64,000 bases of DNA from Tubulanus polymorphus (Eukaryota; Animalia; Nemertea), in assembly GCF_964204645.1 (NCBI RefSeq), contig NC_134036.1, positions 5,858,600-5,922,599 of the forward strand, given 5' to 3'. A program made the translations under genes and the position numbers. Below, piece after piece: positions 1 to 12,819 of this stretch. The number at the start of each line of letters is the position of its first letter. The first letter of the stretch is position 1. The notes under the pieces were generated by a model. The model did not search any database. It was not told where the DNA came from and worked only from the letters and a program-made list of their open reading frames with translations.

Positions 1-261
1 ATATTACCTGTGTAAACACCAGTTTAACAGATTATCGTTTTTACACTTAAGTCTATTTCAACTTGACTTGAGAGCATTTCACTATCAGATGGCCTAGGTT
101 AGTCAGTATTGGTAGTAAGTACCTAATAAAAGTCTTATTAGGACCATTAAACGAGTGGTAGGTTTGACCTGAATAAAATATTGTTGTTTTTTAATCCATT
201 CTTCTTCATTGTATTGAAGGATATCCAAAAAGTCCATATCTAAATTAGACATTAGGCCTAT

Positions 262-295
262 CCATGGACGTATAAACTAGATTATACGTCCATGG
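262..295. mobile_element. 34-bp palindromic micro-element with CCATGGA ends
   Basis: ccatggacgtataa-actaga-ttatacgtccatgg, flanked by cctat/cctag (imperfect 5-bp TSD). Confidence 0.45.
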
Positions 296-471
296 CCTAG
301 GCCTATGTAATCTACAACTCTGGTCAACGAGTGCCTGTGGTCGTAGTGAAGGACCTTGAGAAATTTGCTAAACGAGTGACTGGATTGAATCGATGACTGG
401 CTAGCCTACTTCACAATCAGATATCTTAGCCATTTACGTTGATGAATTCGTGTCCCCTCTTTTTCCCGCAG

Positions 472-737
472 ATACGCCCGAAACCTGGTCGACGAGGGCA
501 ACGGCAAGTTCAACTTGATCGCGTTGTGCTGGGGCGAGTCGAACGGCTCGAGCATCCACTCGCACGCCAACTCGCACTGCTTCATGAAGGTGCTCGACGG
601 CGAGCTGAAGGAGACGATGTACGCGTGGCCGGCCGGGCACGAGGGCCGCGTGATCGAGGACGCCGAGCGCGACGGCTTCGTCATGCAGCCCGTCGGCGAG
701 AACAGCTACAAACGCAACCAGTGCGCTTACATCAACG
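472..737 (+). CDS. CDO1: Cysteine dioxygenase type 1, internal exon
   Basis: Bounded by acceptor cccgcag| and donor |gtaagt. Translates (R)YARNLVDEGNGKFNLIALCWGESNGSSIHSHANSHCFMKVL...CAYIN, matching the CDO cupin motif with two Fe-binding His (HxH) and the cross-link Cys. The first exon lies left of the window. Confidence 0.93.
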
Positions 738-3700
738 GTAAGTGTGTAACAACTAGCATTTTCAGTCCACTCGGGAACTAGCTCGTCAAAATAAATCCAA
801 AGTCATCAATTCCATCTTGAACAAATATCTTTTATTCAAATGCTTGGTCGGCTTCCGACCGCAACAACTGCTCAGTACAAACTGCCCGCTAAAAGTGTGT
901 GTCGCGTCTCCAATTCTATCCCAACTGACTCTTATATCTATATTCGTGCTTAGTAACAAAAACTTAGGTATGAAAAACAAAGGTGAGCAGAAAATTTGAG
1001 CAACAACATGCCATAAGAATATATGACTAATTACTTTACAAACACGACTAACAAATACATTTCTACACAAAACAACAAGTTGCTATAAGACTTATAGCAA
1101 CTTATTAAGTGTTAGGCCTACACAAACTGATAATGACTTTATTATCCAATGGGGACTGTAGGTCCGCGTAGTGCGGGGGTTTAGAGGGTTCGAACACCCC
1201 GCTGTCTCGGAGTTCTCTATAGGGTTTTCGAGTTTTCAAAGAGTACAATTTCTCTATAGAATATAGGCTATTTCTCTTCACCATAGAGTTTTAAAAATGG
1301 GGCTGCATTCTTCATGGCTAATATTGTATTATATCCTGGCTGCTGAAGTAGCAAGGCTTTCGATCTACCGCCCGAAGAAGATATCGAAGATTTTTTTTAT
1401 TCGATTTGAACACTTTATTTTTCAAATATAATTTACAGCATAGTGTACAAAGCATAATACCAAATACAGTAAATTAATGCTGGAGGGGCCTGTAGAAACT
1501 AAGGAATAGTTTGCATAAAACAGGTCCCTCAACAGAGAAAAGAAAAAAAGAGAAATGCAATAAAGCAAAAAAATATGCTCACAGTCAACCCTTAACACAC
1601 AAAATGCAAACAAAGTAAACTATGATTACAGCTTGATTAAGATGTTATCATTTAATAAGCCAGTTGTTCTCTGTACTATTTCAAAAACAATAATTTTAGT
1701 TCGAATAACTGTATGATAAAATCAAGTACAAAGTTGCTTTCTATAATTTCTTCGGAAGATTTAAGCATACTTTCGGTGTAATCTTCTATTTTCCACATTA
1801 GCTCGATGTATTTCGAAGCAATGTTAGAATATTGACATCTAGAGGTGTAGAAGATAATTCGTAAGTTGTGTCTGAAAGAAGTGGCCACCCCTCGAAAACA
1901 TGTCGCGGAGTTCACGGCAGGGTCACGTCATTTTCGCTTGTTTATTCCAGGGAGAATGGGCCTCTAGACCCCTGTTCAGTTCTAACTGAGATTAGAAACG
2001 AACCCGTCCTCTTAATTCTCACCACGGGCCTGAGCCTGTAATATTCTCACAATTCTCCAGTTGTCCAGGTTTAATCAAAACTGATTTTCTTATAAGAAAG
2101 GCTATTTATTGTTCGCGGTCGCACTATGGTATTGCAAATATCCCTAAAATTTCACACTTTCTTTTCTCATTACATTCAAAAAACATATTCGCCAGTTCGC
2201 CAACAAAGCAACGAATTTTTCTCAACTCAAATGCTATTTTGGCAACACCGCAGAACTCGGTATGACGACCAGGAAGTGATCCAGCGTCAGTTCCTGAACA
2301 CTGCTTAAAGCCGGTTATCGTAGTAGGCTATAGTAGGCTACAGATTGGTTTATGTGGTCCCCTTCCAGTGAATTTGTTGTGGTCCCCTTCCAGTGAATTT
2401 TGGGATGTAACACTTCCGAGGAGCAATCTGCACGATGGGCGTTTGCGGGACGATTCAATTTTCCACGGATGTCATCTGAAATAAGGGCTGCTGAAACATG
2501 CTGAGATTTTTCAGTTCATCCATGTGTGTTCTGCATCAGCATGTGTACCGCTCAAGCGGTGAGGGCAGCTTGCTCTGTGATGGCGTGCATGGTTTCGTTG
2601 GGATTGCAGGAGGCCTTTGAATCGGTCACGAATCAAAATGTCACTTGTCATGCGAGTGTTTACACAAACTGTGTAAACCGCGGTGATTGTGTTATCTATA
2701 TTATCAACTCTCCTGAATGTCAGATCGATTAATCTACGATGATACTCCACGTGGCCTTAACATTGCACTAACTAGCGCCAGATACACTACCGGGCCCGTT
2801 TCGCAGTTCGCGCGTTGGGCATCCACGGAATTTTTCAGGGGCTCGAATTCGTCCTTAAAAAGGACCAAATCAGCTAGATTTCAGGTGTCATGACTTTTCA
2901 ATCGACCTTAGGCCATAGTATAGTGTTCTTACATGTGCATTAGGCTGATATTCGACCGCCGATCGCAATACTGTAACCCTACTTCGATTTCCAATTCCAA
3001 AATCTAACTCACAGTTTCGATCCCAGAAGCTGTGGTGGGTTTGTGAGGACACCAAATAGAAAAAAAAATCAAACGAAAAAAATGATACTTTTTTCAGTCA
3101 CTTATAGTCGGCCATGTTTTGTAAAGCTGCCGGATCTGCTATGGTCAGCTTGATCATGATTTAATGATTTTTAAACAAAAGCACAGATAGGCTATTGACG
3201 GTGGGCCGGGTCAACTTTTAAGCTTAAATGATTACTCCAAGGCAGAAATGAGAAACAACATATCAATTCCTTATAGCCTTGCCTAATATAGGCCTACTTG
3301 GCTACAGGGCCTTCATCTGTAGTCCCGCTATAGCCTAAAGGAGACTATTTCAACTCTGACATCGGTAGTGGATAGCCTGCGTAATTTTTGGAGTAAAATA
3401 TATTTTTACTCAGTCATGTTTCGAAATAGTTTAAGTATAGACCGGTATAGTTTGCCTATAAGACGCCCCCGATACGTTCGAAAACCCCGATCGGCTGTTA
3501 TCTCACCTCGATGATAGCCCGATGGGCTGGATGATTATGAAAAAGGACTTTCTGATATTGAAATTACGATTAGATAGATATATCTCTAAACTGATATGAA
3601 TTCATGAATACAAATGCGCCATATTGCGAGTTTAAACGCGTATATATATATATAGGAGCCTACACAGCGTCCGCGGCTTTTTAGGTCGTATTCTCCCTAA

Positions 3701-5440
3701 TCGGATTGTCGAGTTTTACGATTTCGATGATAAAATCACTGGAGTGGAATGACGAGTGGCATTGTAAATTTGAATTCGTTTTTAAAAGCTGATAACCCTA
3801 TCTGTTGGTAGTGAAGCACGCGCGTGTAAAACAGCTGATTTATGGGGATCGTTGTGTTCTTTTTATGTTGCATTTCAAAATCTATTCAAACCGTATACAG
3901 TTCGTAGAATATATAAAACTAGTATTTATGAAACACCCTGAATACTGTGTGTTGTAACCTGGGTTCATAGCTAGTCTCTATGGACCGAAGCGCTTAAAAA
4001 AGTGTTTACGAACTTTTGATGATACAACTTTAGTTAAAGGCCTTCAAAACGTGCTTACTTTTTTTTTAAATCTTGAAATAGGGATATGACCCTTTTATTT
4101 ATTTCATTGGTAGATTTTGTTTAGCTCGTTTGAATGATTCGTTGTCCCTTACCAACGAACCCGCCACACACCTGCTGGGAGCGAAACAGGAGGTTCGATA
4201 TCGGAATCGGAAATCGAAGTACAGATATAGTTGTGTGATCGGCGGTCGAAATTGCGGAGTTTTGTTTTGGAAATTTCGGTTCCGGTTCATTCGAACAATC
4301 TTCCAACCAGTCTGAACCGGCAAACAACACTCGCGCACAAGGAATTCAAAAGTGATTGCGAAAAGTGCTTACTAAAAGTGCTTACCAAAGTTGACTTTTG
4401 GTATCTAGGGCCTCTGGCCTATCCCAAATTGTTTTTCTTTTACGATTTTATGTGTTGGAAATATATATAGATATCACTTTTATATTACATGAGTGCTATT
4501 AAAAAGTGCTTAATTTTGACTTTCGGTATCCCGATTTTTTTTTTACAATTTTATGCGTTGGAAAAATATCACTTTTGAATTACAAGAGTACTAAAAAAGT
4601 CATTACTTTTTTGCATTGGCCTTAAGTACTTTGAACTCCCCGTGTAAAGAAATTATGCAATCCGCACTTGAGAGTTTATTGACGCCTATTGAAAAATAAC
4701 CTATCGCTTGATATTGACGACGATGAGTATCGCCGATTGAAACGAATAGCAATATCGAAAATGTTGCGCTAACAAATCGCCGATAAATTTCATCGTTAGA
4801 ATATTTGTGAAAATTCATAACCCAGGAAATAAGAATCGTGAAATCTTACCGAAACCAAATAAACGCCAATATAAGTATACACAGTTCTAAATCAGTTGTT
4901 AACGTAATATGATACTGATAATAATGATAATGTTTAATTCTATGCAGCGACATTCTCATTACAGACTCGTAACGCTATAACATAAAACAGAATAAGTAAT
5001 AAGATGTTATAATATTAAAAACTCACAGAGCCTTTACAGCATTTGGGGGGATAATAGACCTAAGTTTCATTAAGAAACTGGGGTTTTAACCCCTTCTTAA
5101 AAACGTTTCGAAACGCCACATGACATAGTGCGCATGCACTCACACGCTGCCCCTGAATAGCGGTGGTAGTAAGCGATGTAGAAAATTTAGCGTTTTTGTA
5201 ACGGTTAAGGCGGCGTCTTAAAAGTATTGTAGGCCTACTCGGCCTATAGGCCTACACCGTTATCACGTGAAAATAAGTTCTCGGTATCTGACCGGGAAGT
5301 GACACGACCCGACACGCTTCAAAACCCCCTTCGTAGACACTATTGTCTGGTGTGAATTGAGTTCCGCGAACTCGGAAGCTATTTGAAATCGAAATTAAGA
5401 GTAGGATTACTTTCGTTTTTCTGACCCTCCTCCCGGCGGG

Positions 5441-5636
5441 ACCTGATTGCATCGCGAGACTCTGCCACGTTCCTCCCTCGCAGGGACTCGAACCTGATGG
5501 CATCGCGAGTTTCTGCCACGTTCCTCCCTCGCGAGGAGTGGAACCTGATGACATCATGAGACCCTGCCACGTTCCTCCCTCGCAGGGATTCGAACCTGAT
5601 GACATCGCGAGTTTCTGCCACGTTTCTCCCTCGCGA
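5441..5636. repeat. 51-bp tandem minisatellite (~4 units) with a tRNA B-box-like motif on the minus strand
   Basis: Unit acctgatgacatcgcgagtttctgccacgttcctccctcgcagggattcga. A degenerate opposite-orientation copy lies at ~35645-35830. Confidence 0.85.
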
Positions 5637-5778
5637 TTAATCTGTAGATAGTGGGTTTTAATCTTTTTATCCGTTCACCACATTTGAGTGTGGTTATCGT
5701 ACTAATTCAGACAACTTCGATTAGATTTATAAGATATAAAGGATCTTGCGAGACAGAATTCCCTTTCTATATTTGCAG

Positions 5779-5963
5779 ATAATCTGGGCTTGCACAGCGT
5801 GGAGAACACGAGTCACTGCGACCGCGCCGTCAGTTTACACCTGTATTCGCCGCCGTTCGACATGTGCGACACGTTCGACCAGAGGACCGGCGCCCGACGA
5901 CCGAGCGTCGTGACGTTCTTCTCGAAATTCGGCCAGCGCACTCCCTATCGACCTCCGTCGTCG
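5779..5963 (+). CDS. CDO1: Cysteine dioxygenase type 1, next exon
   Basis: Acceptor atttgcag|, phase compatible with the previous exon. Translates DNLGLHSVENTSHCDRAVSLHLYSPPFDMCDTFDQRTG...TFFSKFGQRTP (third His ligand and the SLHLY Ser-His-Tyr motif). gtaagt donor at 5964; otherwise the frame stops at 5999. Confidence 0.93.
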
Positions 5964-6129
5964 GTAAGTGTCCATCGAGAGGTGATATATACATTGTAAC
6001 TCGCTGATTAAAAAAAACGTTATTTCATTTCCGAGAATCGAAATCGGAATATTGATATTAGAATTTGTGAATTACGGAAGACTTTGTCACGCTCGGTTGT
6101 TAGGTTAAGTAGAGAGTTACATGTAGTGA

Positions 6130-6480
6130 AATACACTAGACTATGTCTCTTACTGCGGTCAAGTTTAGAATGGTATATAATTCTACCCCGAGTTCATGTC
6201 AAATACTGAGTAAGAGTTTGTGAAATATAACAGTAGACTCTGTCTCTTACTGCGGTAAAGTTGGGACTGGTAAAATTCTACCCTGAGTTGGTATCATATA
6301 GCCTACTGAGTAAGAGTTTGAGAAATACAGTAGACTCTGTCTCTTACTGCGGTAAAGTTGAGACTGGTAAAATTCTACCCCGAGTTGGTGTCAATAATAC
6401 CGAGTAAAAGTTTGTGAAATACAGTACACTCCGTTTCTTGCTGATGGTGAAATTCTAAGAAATCCTTTCGGTTGAGTAAA
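6130..6480 (+). repeat. 92-bp dispersed satellite family, short array
   Basis: Unit cagtagactctgtctcttactgcggtaaagttgagactggtaaaattctaccccgagttggtgtcaaatactgagtaagagtttgtgaaata repeated in tandem. Confidence 0.9.
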
Positions 6481-7924
6481 GAGTTTTTCGGTATTTTCTT
6501 GGATCAGCGGTACATTTAGAGTGTCGAAAAACCGATAATAATATGCATAAATCGAACCGGATTAGTACATGATTTCCGTGTAATTGTTTATTTTCATTTT
6601 TTTTAGGACCAAGCGATGATCGAGGCTGAAAACAATTGAACACGCACGTCTCTCCCCCGACCTTGTTACCGGAATCACTAATCGATGAAATGGAAATATT
6701 GTAAATACGCGATGTACATACAAAAAAAGAAATCGATTGCACGATTAACGGAGTTCAATGAATTTGCATTTGAATTGGGAACGATTTTTCGGGCATCGTT
6801 TCATGTCCGTTTACGGAGACAAATAGTGACTGTCTATAAACCGATTGTGAAGAAAAAACCCACTGTTATGAAGAAAAGTTTAGAGGGCGGTGACGTTTGG
6901 ACCGAATTCTCTGAAGCCATTTTCAGAACTAAAAAAGAGTAGTGACGCATAGCTGCCAACTGTTCCTGACTGTCAGTATTTGTTATTTGTTGATGACGAG
7001 AAATTCTGATTTTATTTGTTTGATGCATATACAGAATTATGAAATACGTTACTGGAGGGCCTTACCGTTGATTACTGATTAATTTGAACATTTTCTTTTG
7101 GTATTCCGAAATGAAATTTTATTCACTACTGATTCATTTGTCACAGTTAATGAGTTACTGATAGCCATTTTTAGAGGTTGGCAGCCCTGGTTTCGACTCA
7201 ATACGACGAACCATTTTCGAGACTAAGAGAGCAGTGACGTTTTTACTTTGATTCATTGAGCCGTTTCAACTGTTAAGGAAATGGCTGATAGAATTCAGTC
7301 GAAACGTCGCCCTCCTGCTCTTAGTTTTGATAGTGGTTTTTGTTTAATAACTGAGTTGATTTAATGATTTTTGAAAAATGGCTCCCAAGCGTCACTACCG
7401 TTTCAGGTTTTCTGCATATATGTGCCGGTTTTTTCTTTAAAATGGTCTTTGTTTAGCGTTTTTCGTTGCGTTTCTAAAACCATTTTTAAAAAGGCGTATA
7501 ATACTATCCTCGTTGTTGTTATAATGGCAAAATTTATGGCAAAATTCTAAATTTTGCCCGCGTGTACAAAATGATTTTGCCGTTTTTTGCGACCTGTTTC
7601 CTCGTTGTTTTGAGGGTGATCGTTTAATAATTGGATTTCGGGGATAACGTATGTAGTTTTGATTGAAAAACGAATTAACAAACATCAAATTGTCTTTATC
7701 AATACGTAACTCCTTTTTGCCCAGCGATATGGATGAATATGTACTTTGTAAATAATGATCAGCTTCTCATCAGGAATAAGTGTTATTTTGGGTTTTTAAA
7801 GGGCTGGCCTTTTTTGTTCACGAAAAGCTACTTTGCACCTTTTGTCCATGAATAATAGTGAATGAATAAATTCGAATCGTTATTTTCAAATAATTGTATT
7901 AAATTGTCGAAATTTCTTTCTAAT

Positions 7925-8370
7925 ATTCAGGGAAATTATGGTTAGTTAATGACGACTTTCTCATTCTCGATAACTTCAACGATTCAGTAAAATTATGGTT
8001 AGTTACTAATGACGACCTTCTCATTCTAAATAACTTCAACGATTCAGTGTAATTATGGTTAGTTAATGACGACTTTCTCATTCTCGATAACTTCAACGAT
8101 TCAGTAAAATTATGATTAGTTACTATAGTAATGACGACTTGCTCATTCTCATTGACTTCAACGATTCAGTAAAATTATGAGTAGTCACTAATGACGACCT
8201 TCTCGTGTTAAAAGAATTCAGCGATTCAGTAAGATTATGATTATGTTTAGTTACTAATGGCGACCTTCCCGTGTTGAAGGAATTCGACGATTCAGTTAAA
8301 TCACGATTAGCAACTAATGACGGCCTGGATATCCAGAACTTCAACGATTCAGTAAAATTATAATTAGTTA
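7925..8370 (+). repeat. 57-60-bp tandem minisatellite (~7 units)
   Basis: Unit aaattatggttagtt(act)aatgacgactttctcattctcgataacttcaacgattcagta. The same family occurs at 38145-38650. Confidence 0.9.
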
Positions 8371-8704
8371 CAGTTTGATATTCGTGTTTACGTGTATGTA
8401 CGATACATATGTGTTTTATGTTAAGCCTTTTTAAACCGCTGTCAGCTGTCATTTTATTTCTATATATGCGAACATTATTTTGAGGTGTCGTACGGTTGTC
8501 AGTATACGTGGAATGTTGTTACGAATGATATTTTCTATCGGGATTTCACGATCATATGAAAACCAATGATTCGAATTCATTGCGCACGTGTTTTATGCTT
8601 GGTTTCCGCTGAACGTTCTCGCGGTAACCTCGCGATCGTTTATCGAAATATTTGCGTAAAATACTGAGTCCGTGTCGTAATAATTATTATCGAGTTATAA
8701 TTAC

Positions 8705-9190
8705 GCCGTAGACTCTGTTTTTTTACTGCGGTTAAGTTGTGACTGATGAAATCCTACCCCGAGTTGGCGTCAAATACCGAGTAAGAGTTTGTGTAATACA
8801 GTAGACTCTGTCTCTTACTGCGGTAAAGTTGAGACGGGTAAAATTCTACCCCGAGTTGGTATCAAATACTGAGTGAGAGTTTGTGAGAAACAGTAGACTC
8901 CGTCTCTTACTGCGGTAAAGATTAGATTGGTGAAATTCTACCCCGAGCTGGTGTCAAATACTGAGTAAGAGTTTGTGAAATACAGTTGACACTGTCTCTT
9001 ACTGCGGTAAAGTTGAGACTTGTAAAATTCTACCACGAGTTGGGGTCAAATACTGAGTAAGAGTTTGCGAAATACAGTAGACTCTGTCTCTTACTGCGGT
9101 AAAGTTGAGACTGGTAAAATTCTACCCCGAGTTGGTGACAAATACCGAGTAAGAGTTTGCGAAAATATTCTGTCTCTTAATACGGTAAAA
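8705..9190 (+). repeat. 92-bp satellite family array (~5 units)
   Basis: Unit starts at 8799, 8891, 8983 and 9075, an exact 92-bp period. Confidence 0.92.
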
Positions 9191-9450
9191 TTGAAAGTTA
9201 AAACAAACGTGTGTCATGTTGTATGCACATCGGCTACATAGGCCTATACAAACCGCATTTCGGCCGTTATCACTGTCAACGATATCGATTTTCGATTGAC
9301 GTGTGTTGTATAGCGCAACATCTGCGCACATGTTGCGTCCATATCGGCGAAATGCATCTGCAGCCATTGAAATGACGACTATAATCCGTAAATCATTATT
9401 CTATATCTCCCGATCTGTTTTAAAAACAGTTCCTATAGCGTCTTTTCCAG

Positions 9451-9525
9451 CGTGCAAGCGTTGCACGCGCCCTCGACAAACCCATCGCGCACGACGCAGA
9501 CAAACTCGGAAACAGGAAAACATGA
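9451..9525 (+). CDS. Possible short terminal exon of CDO1
   Basis: Acceptor tcttttccag|, phase 0, reads RASVARALDKPIAHDADKLGNRKT-stop, with AATAAA signals downstream (~9565, ~9955, ~10062). No homology support. Confidence 0.3.
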   Translation, partial: RASVARALDKPIAHDADKLGNRKT

Positions 9526-10250
9526 TATCCCGGAACATTTCCCTGTTTCACGGGTGTTTTTTACAATAAACGATTAAAAATTTTTCGGGTACGATGTTGC
9601 CGATATCAAACCGCGCTTGTCTGCGTCCAGTTTATGGCCAGAGATACAGTAGTGTTTTACTCGGTTCGGAGTGTGGAAACTTATCCACTTGGGGCGCATT
9701 TTGGAGGTGTCTGGGGGTCCGGACCCCCGTCTTCTCGCCGAGGTTGCCATTTTCGTCAAGAAAGAAGTCACGAAACCTGTTGCACTCGTCCTCCTTTTGT
9801 GGACAGGGGGAGATTTTTTTTTGTAATTTTGTGTGGTCGTCATTTATGTGCGGCCCCTCAAAAAACAGGAATTCCTCTCGTCGTATGCGCCATCTAGCGT
9901 TACGATACATACATACATATGTGCTAAAACCGGTGTTTTCAAAAACATCGAGTAATAAAGTGAATGTGCTTGTAAATTTTGTAAATGTATGAAGAAATTA
10001 TTTTGTTCGGGTTTAAGTTGGTATTCGACGTACGTGTACGTTTAAAAAAAGTTGTTTTAGAAATAAAACGTTTGTTGACAACAGTTTGAGCAGTTTCCTA
10101 TCTATTTCTTATTTAATGACTATTGAGATGCTGAGAAGATCCGATGTCGACTCGCGCGGTACCGTCCTGTTCTTACGCATACGCTGTACCAATCTACAAT
10201 AGTGTATTTCCTAATTCTATACACTCAACCCCCGATATACCGCCCACATC

Positions 10251-10323
10251 GGAGAGAGAGGGGGAGGGAGGGAGGGGGAAGGGGGAGGGGATAGAGAGAG
10301 GGAGAGAGAGAGAATATGGGAGG
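10251..10323. repeat. GA/G-rich simple repeat
   Basis: Purine-only tract ggagagagagggggagggagggagggggaaggggg... Confidence 0.85.
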
Positions 10324-10865
10324 GTGGTACATCGGGGGTTGGCTGTATACTCTAAGGTGCGTACCTAGAATTTCGTGTTAAAATGTGGATTTTACTGTTT
10401 AAAAACTGCTTTCGATAGTTAACTTCGAACTGGAATATTGAAAGGCGTTACCGATTTATTTCATGGGTCTCCCAGCGGGAATGCGATTTACGTAAGCGAA
10501 GCCACTAGTTTTAGCCAAAAGTTCATGACCTAGTTCCACAGTTCTGAGTTAAGATTTGACTCTGAGTAAACTCATTGAAAATGAACTAATTTTAACTCAG
10601 AGATTACTCTAACTAACAACTGTGAAACTGTATCCATGGTATTAATTTCTTTTCAATGACCTAGAAAATGTGACGGTGACTCGCACCACAGCCTTGTCTG
10701 AATACCATCCTCGCTTGCCAGGGTTTGATCGCCTTCCGCTGGCGCCCACGTATACTACTCGACTTCTCGGGGGAGTTCTTAAACTAATTTCCACGTTACG
10801 GTAATTATCCACGAAATATCATATGCCCCGGAAAAGGTGAGAAGTCGTATACTCGATCTAACTGG

Positions 10866-11831
10866 TTATTTGACTGAGATGCTACGGCGGATTTTCATGC
10901 AGAAATATTCGCGTATTTCTCGCCCGAGTAAAAGATATATGTAGAAATTTACCGCGAAGATAGAAAAGCTCTCCGTTGCAAATGTGTGAAAATGTCGTCT
11001 AGAAAAGCTCTCCGTTGCGGCGAGATCGGCAACAACGCAGTCATCGTGGTCGGAAGTGTGAATATCGCAAACGCTAGTGAAACCGTTACGAGCATTATCG
11101 TCGTACGTTTCGATTTCGTAGTTTTCTGATCGGACGAAACCATTTTAGAACCTCTGAACGTTAACTGAATTATACTATAGCAGAATTCGACGTTAGAATC
11201 AAAGACAGAGGCAGTACGAAAACGTGGACGCCATACACCGCGAAGTAGGCTATTTGGTCAGATAATCTGAAGTAACATCCAAAAAACTGTTCGTCGAAAC
11301 GTACCGACAAGCCTGGCTTGAGAAATATAAACAGTATGTTTACTGCAGTTAGCGCCGATATGGTAAATCTAGCGAATCTCGGCGTACATATCAAACGAGA
11401 TTTGAACGAGAAGAGCACGACTGCCGCTCGTTCTAGAGATACGGCTACTACCAACGGCAAACTGTTGCTGGTTGCGAGTACCATGAAAAACTCATAAACC
11501 TGACAACCGACCACCGAATTCATCAAGGATATCGGGCCGCCTTCAACGCGCGAGATAGCGAACTGTGTAACACGGGCATCAGCGTACAACTGACGCAATA
11601 CGCGGAATCGCTGACGGACAAAACGGTCAGATAGTTAGCGTAAGATAAACGGCGGAATCTGCGGCTTATCATTATCAGGAAAGTGGCCGAATTCCCGAAC
11701 GCCCCGAACGCGAATACGGCGGGCAGGATGATCAAGGAAGCGATACGGTAGATTCCAGACCTGTTCACCACGGACATGATGTTGATGTAACTGTTGTAGG
11801 CCAGGCCAATCTGCATCGCAGTTGAATTCAT
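10866..11831 (-). pseudogene. Frameshifted GPCR pseudogene, subfamily A (paralog of 16557-17507)
   Basis: Three ORF pieces (11523-11831, 11170-11598, 10949-11143) align in succession to the 316-aa GPCR (MNSTAMQIG vs MNSTQMQIG; SLERAAVVLF; MVSSDQKTTKSKRTTIMLVTVSLAFAIFTLP). Contains frameshifts, a stop and a small internal duplication near 10950-11020. Confidence 0.9.
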
Positions 11832-12819
11832 AATTCGGGATGATCAACTTAGAGAATGTCTTGTGTGTTTGAGAGCGTGCTGCCTGTCTGGGAGTGTTCT
11901 GACTATCTGAGAGTGTTCTGGAACTGACCGTTTCTTCTCTCGCGTGTTGGAAAGTAATTCATCTTCGAAGATTTCATCTCGGTTATCATTACCGCTTCGA
12001 GACTCATTTATTTCGTAGGAATTGTTGTTAATGGCAGATAGAAAATCAATTCTCAGAAATCTGACGACACGATTTAATATTCAGGTTTTATGAAAGTATA
12101 TCAGATATTGTGCAAAATAGCTAAAACTAAATTGAAAATAGATACGCACGTTGCATAATCATTCCTTGTAAATGGTGGAATATTTTATTGTGTCTAAAGC
12201 CGCGTTCACACGACAACTAGTTAGACCGGTCTAAATGGGTCCGTACCTGGTCCGGTCCAAATTTAGAACGGGCCAAATTTTGGTGAGCGTTCACGCGGCG
12301 TTTTGAAACTAGGGTGATGTACGTTACGAAGATTTCAAACGTAAACGTGCAGTTTCTTTAGAAAATCGTTTCGAAAAGCAGCTTTCAAATTTAAGGTCTA
12401 AAGTGTTGTGGATTTGCGCAATCGATTTTGTCTTAATGGTCGGCAATTAGTTGAAGCATATTTGACGGGGGAGCGATAGCAGCGATGCAGAGGTGCTCTT
12501 AATCGTTTGTCGATCCGAATACAAGTGAATGTGCATCCATTATCACCCTTTTATTTCTCTCTCGCTCGCTCGATCGGACCGTGGCAAAAAAAAGCTGAAC
12601 AGTCATTACTAAGATCTGCGAGCGTTTTAGGAATATACACTGTGGCGTCGATACTTTCGCTAGTCTACCGCCTATATGTGGCATGTGACCAGTCGATATA
12701 CCACAAGTAACCAGATCGACCAACAGAGCGAGCCTTGTCAGACAGCCTTGTGAAATAGATAGAACTCGGAGGAAAACCGGTCGGTTATTCAACGGTTCTC
12801 TGTAAGTATTCGCGGTGGA

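Noticed and set aside
5441-5636. tRNA gene, or coding ORFs 5252-5605 and 5379-5621
   Set aside because: No cloverleaf can be built; the ORFs only reflect the 51-bp (17-codon) repeat inside a CDO intron.
8705-9190. Regularly spaced repeats as a CRISPR array (also 7925-8370 and 45030-45495)
   Set aside because: Whole units are repeated with no unique spacers, there are no cas genes, and the context is eukaryotic.
12198-12312. MITE with gcgttcacacg ends
   Set aside because: Only one end and an internal direct repeat are visible; no matching TIR or TSD found.
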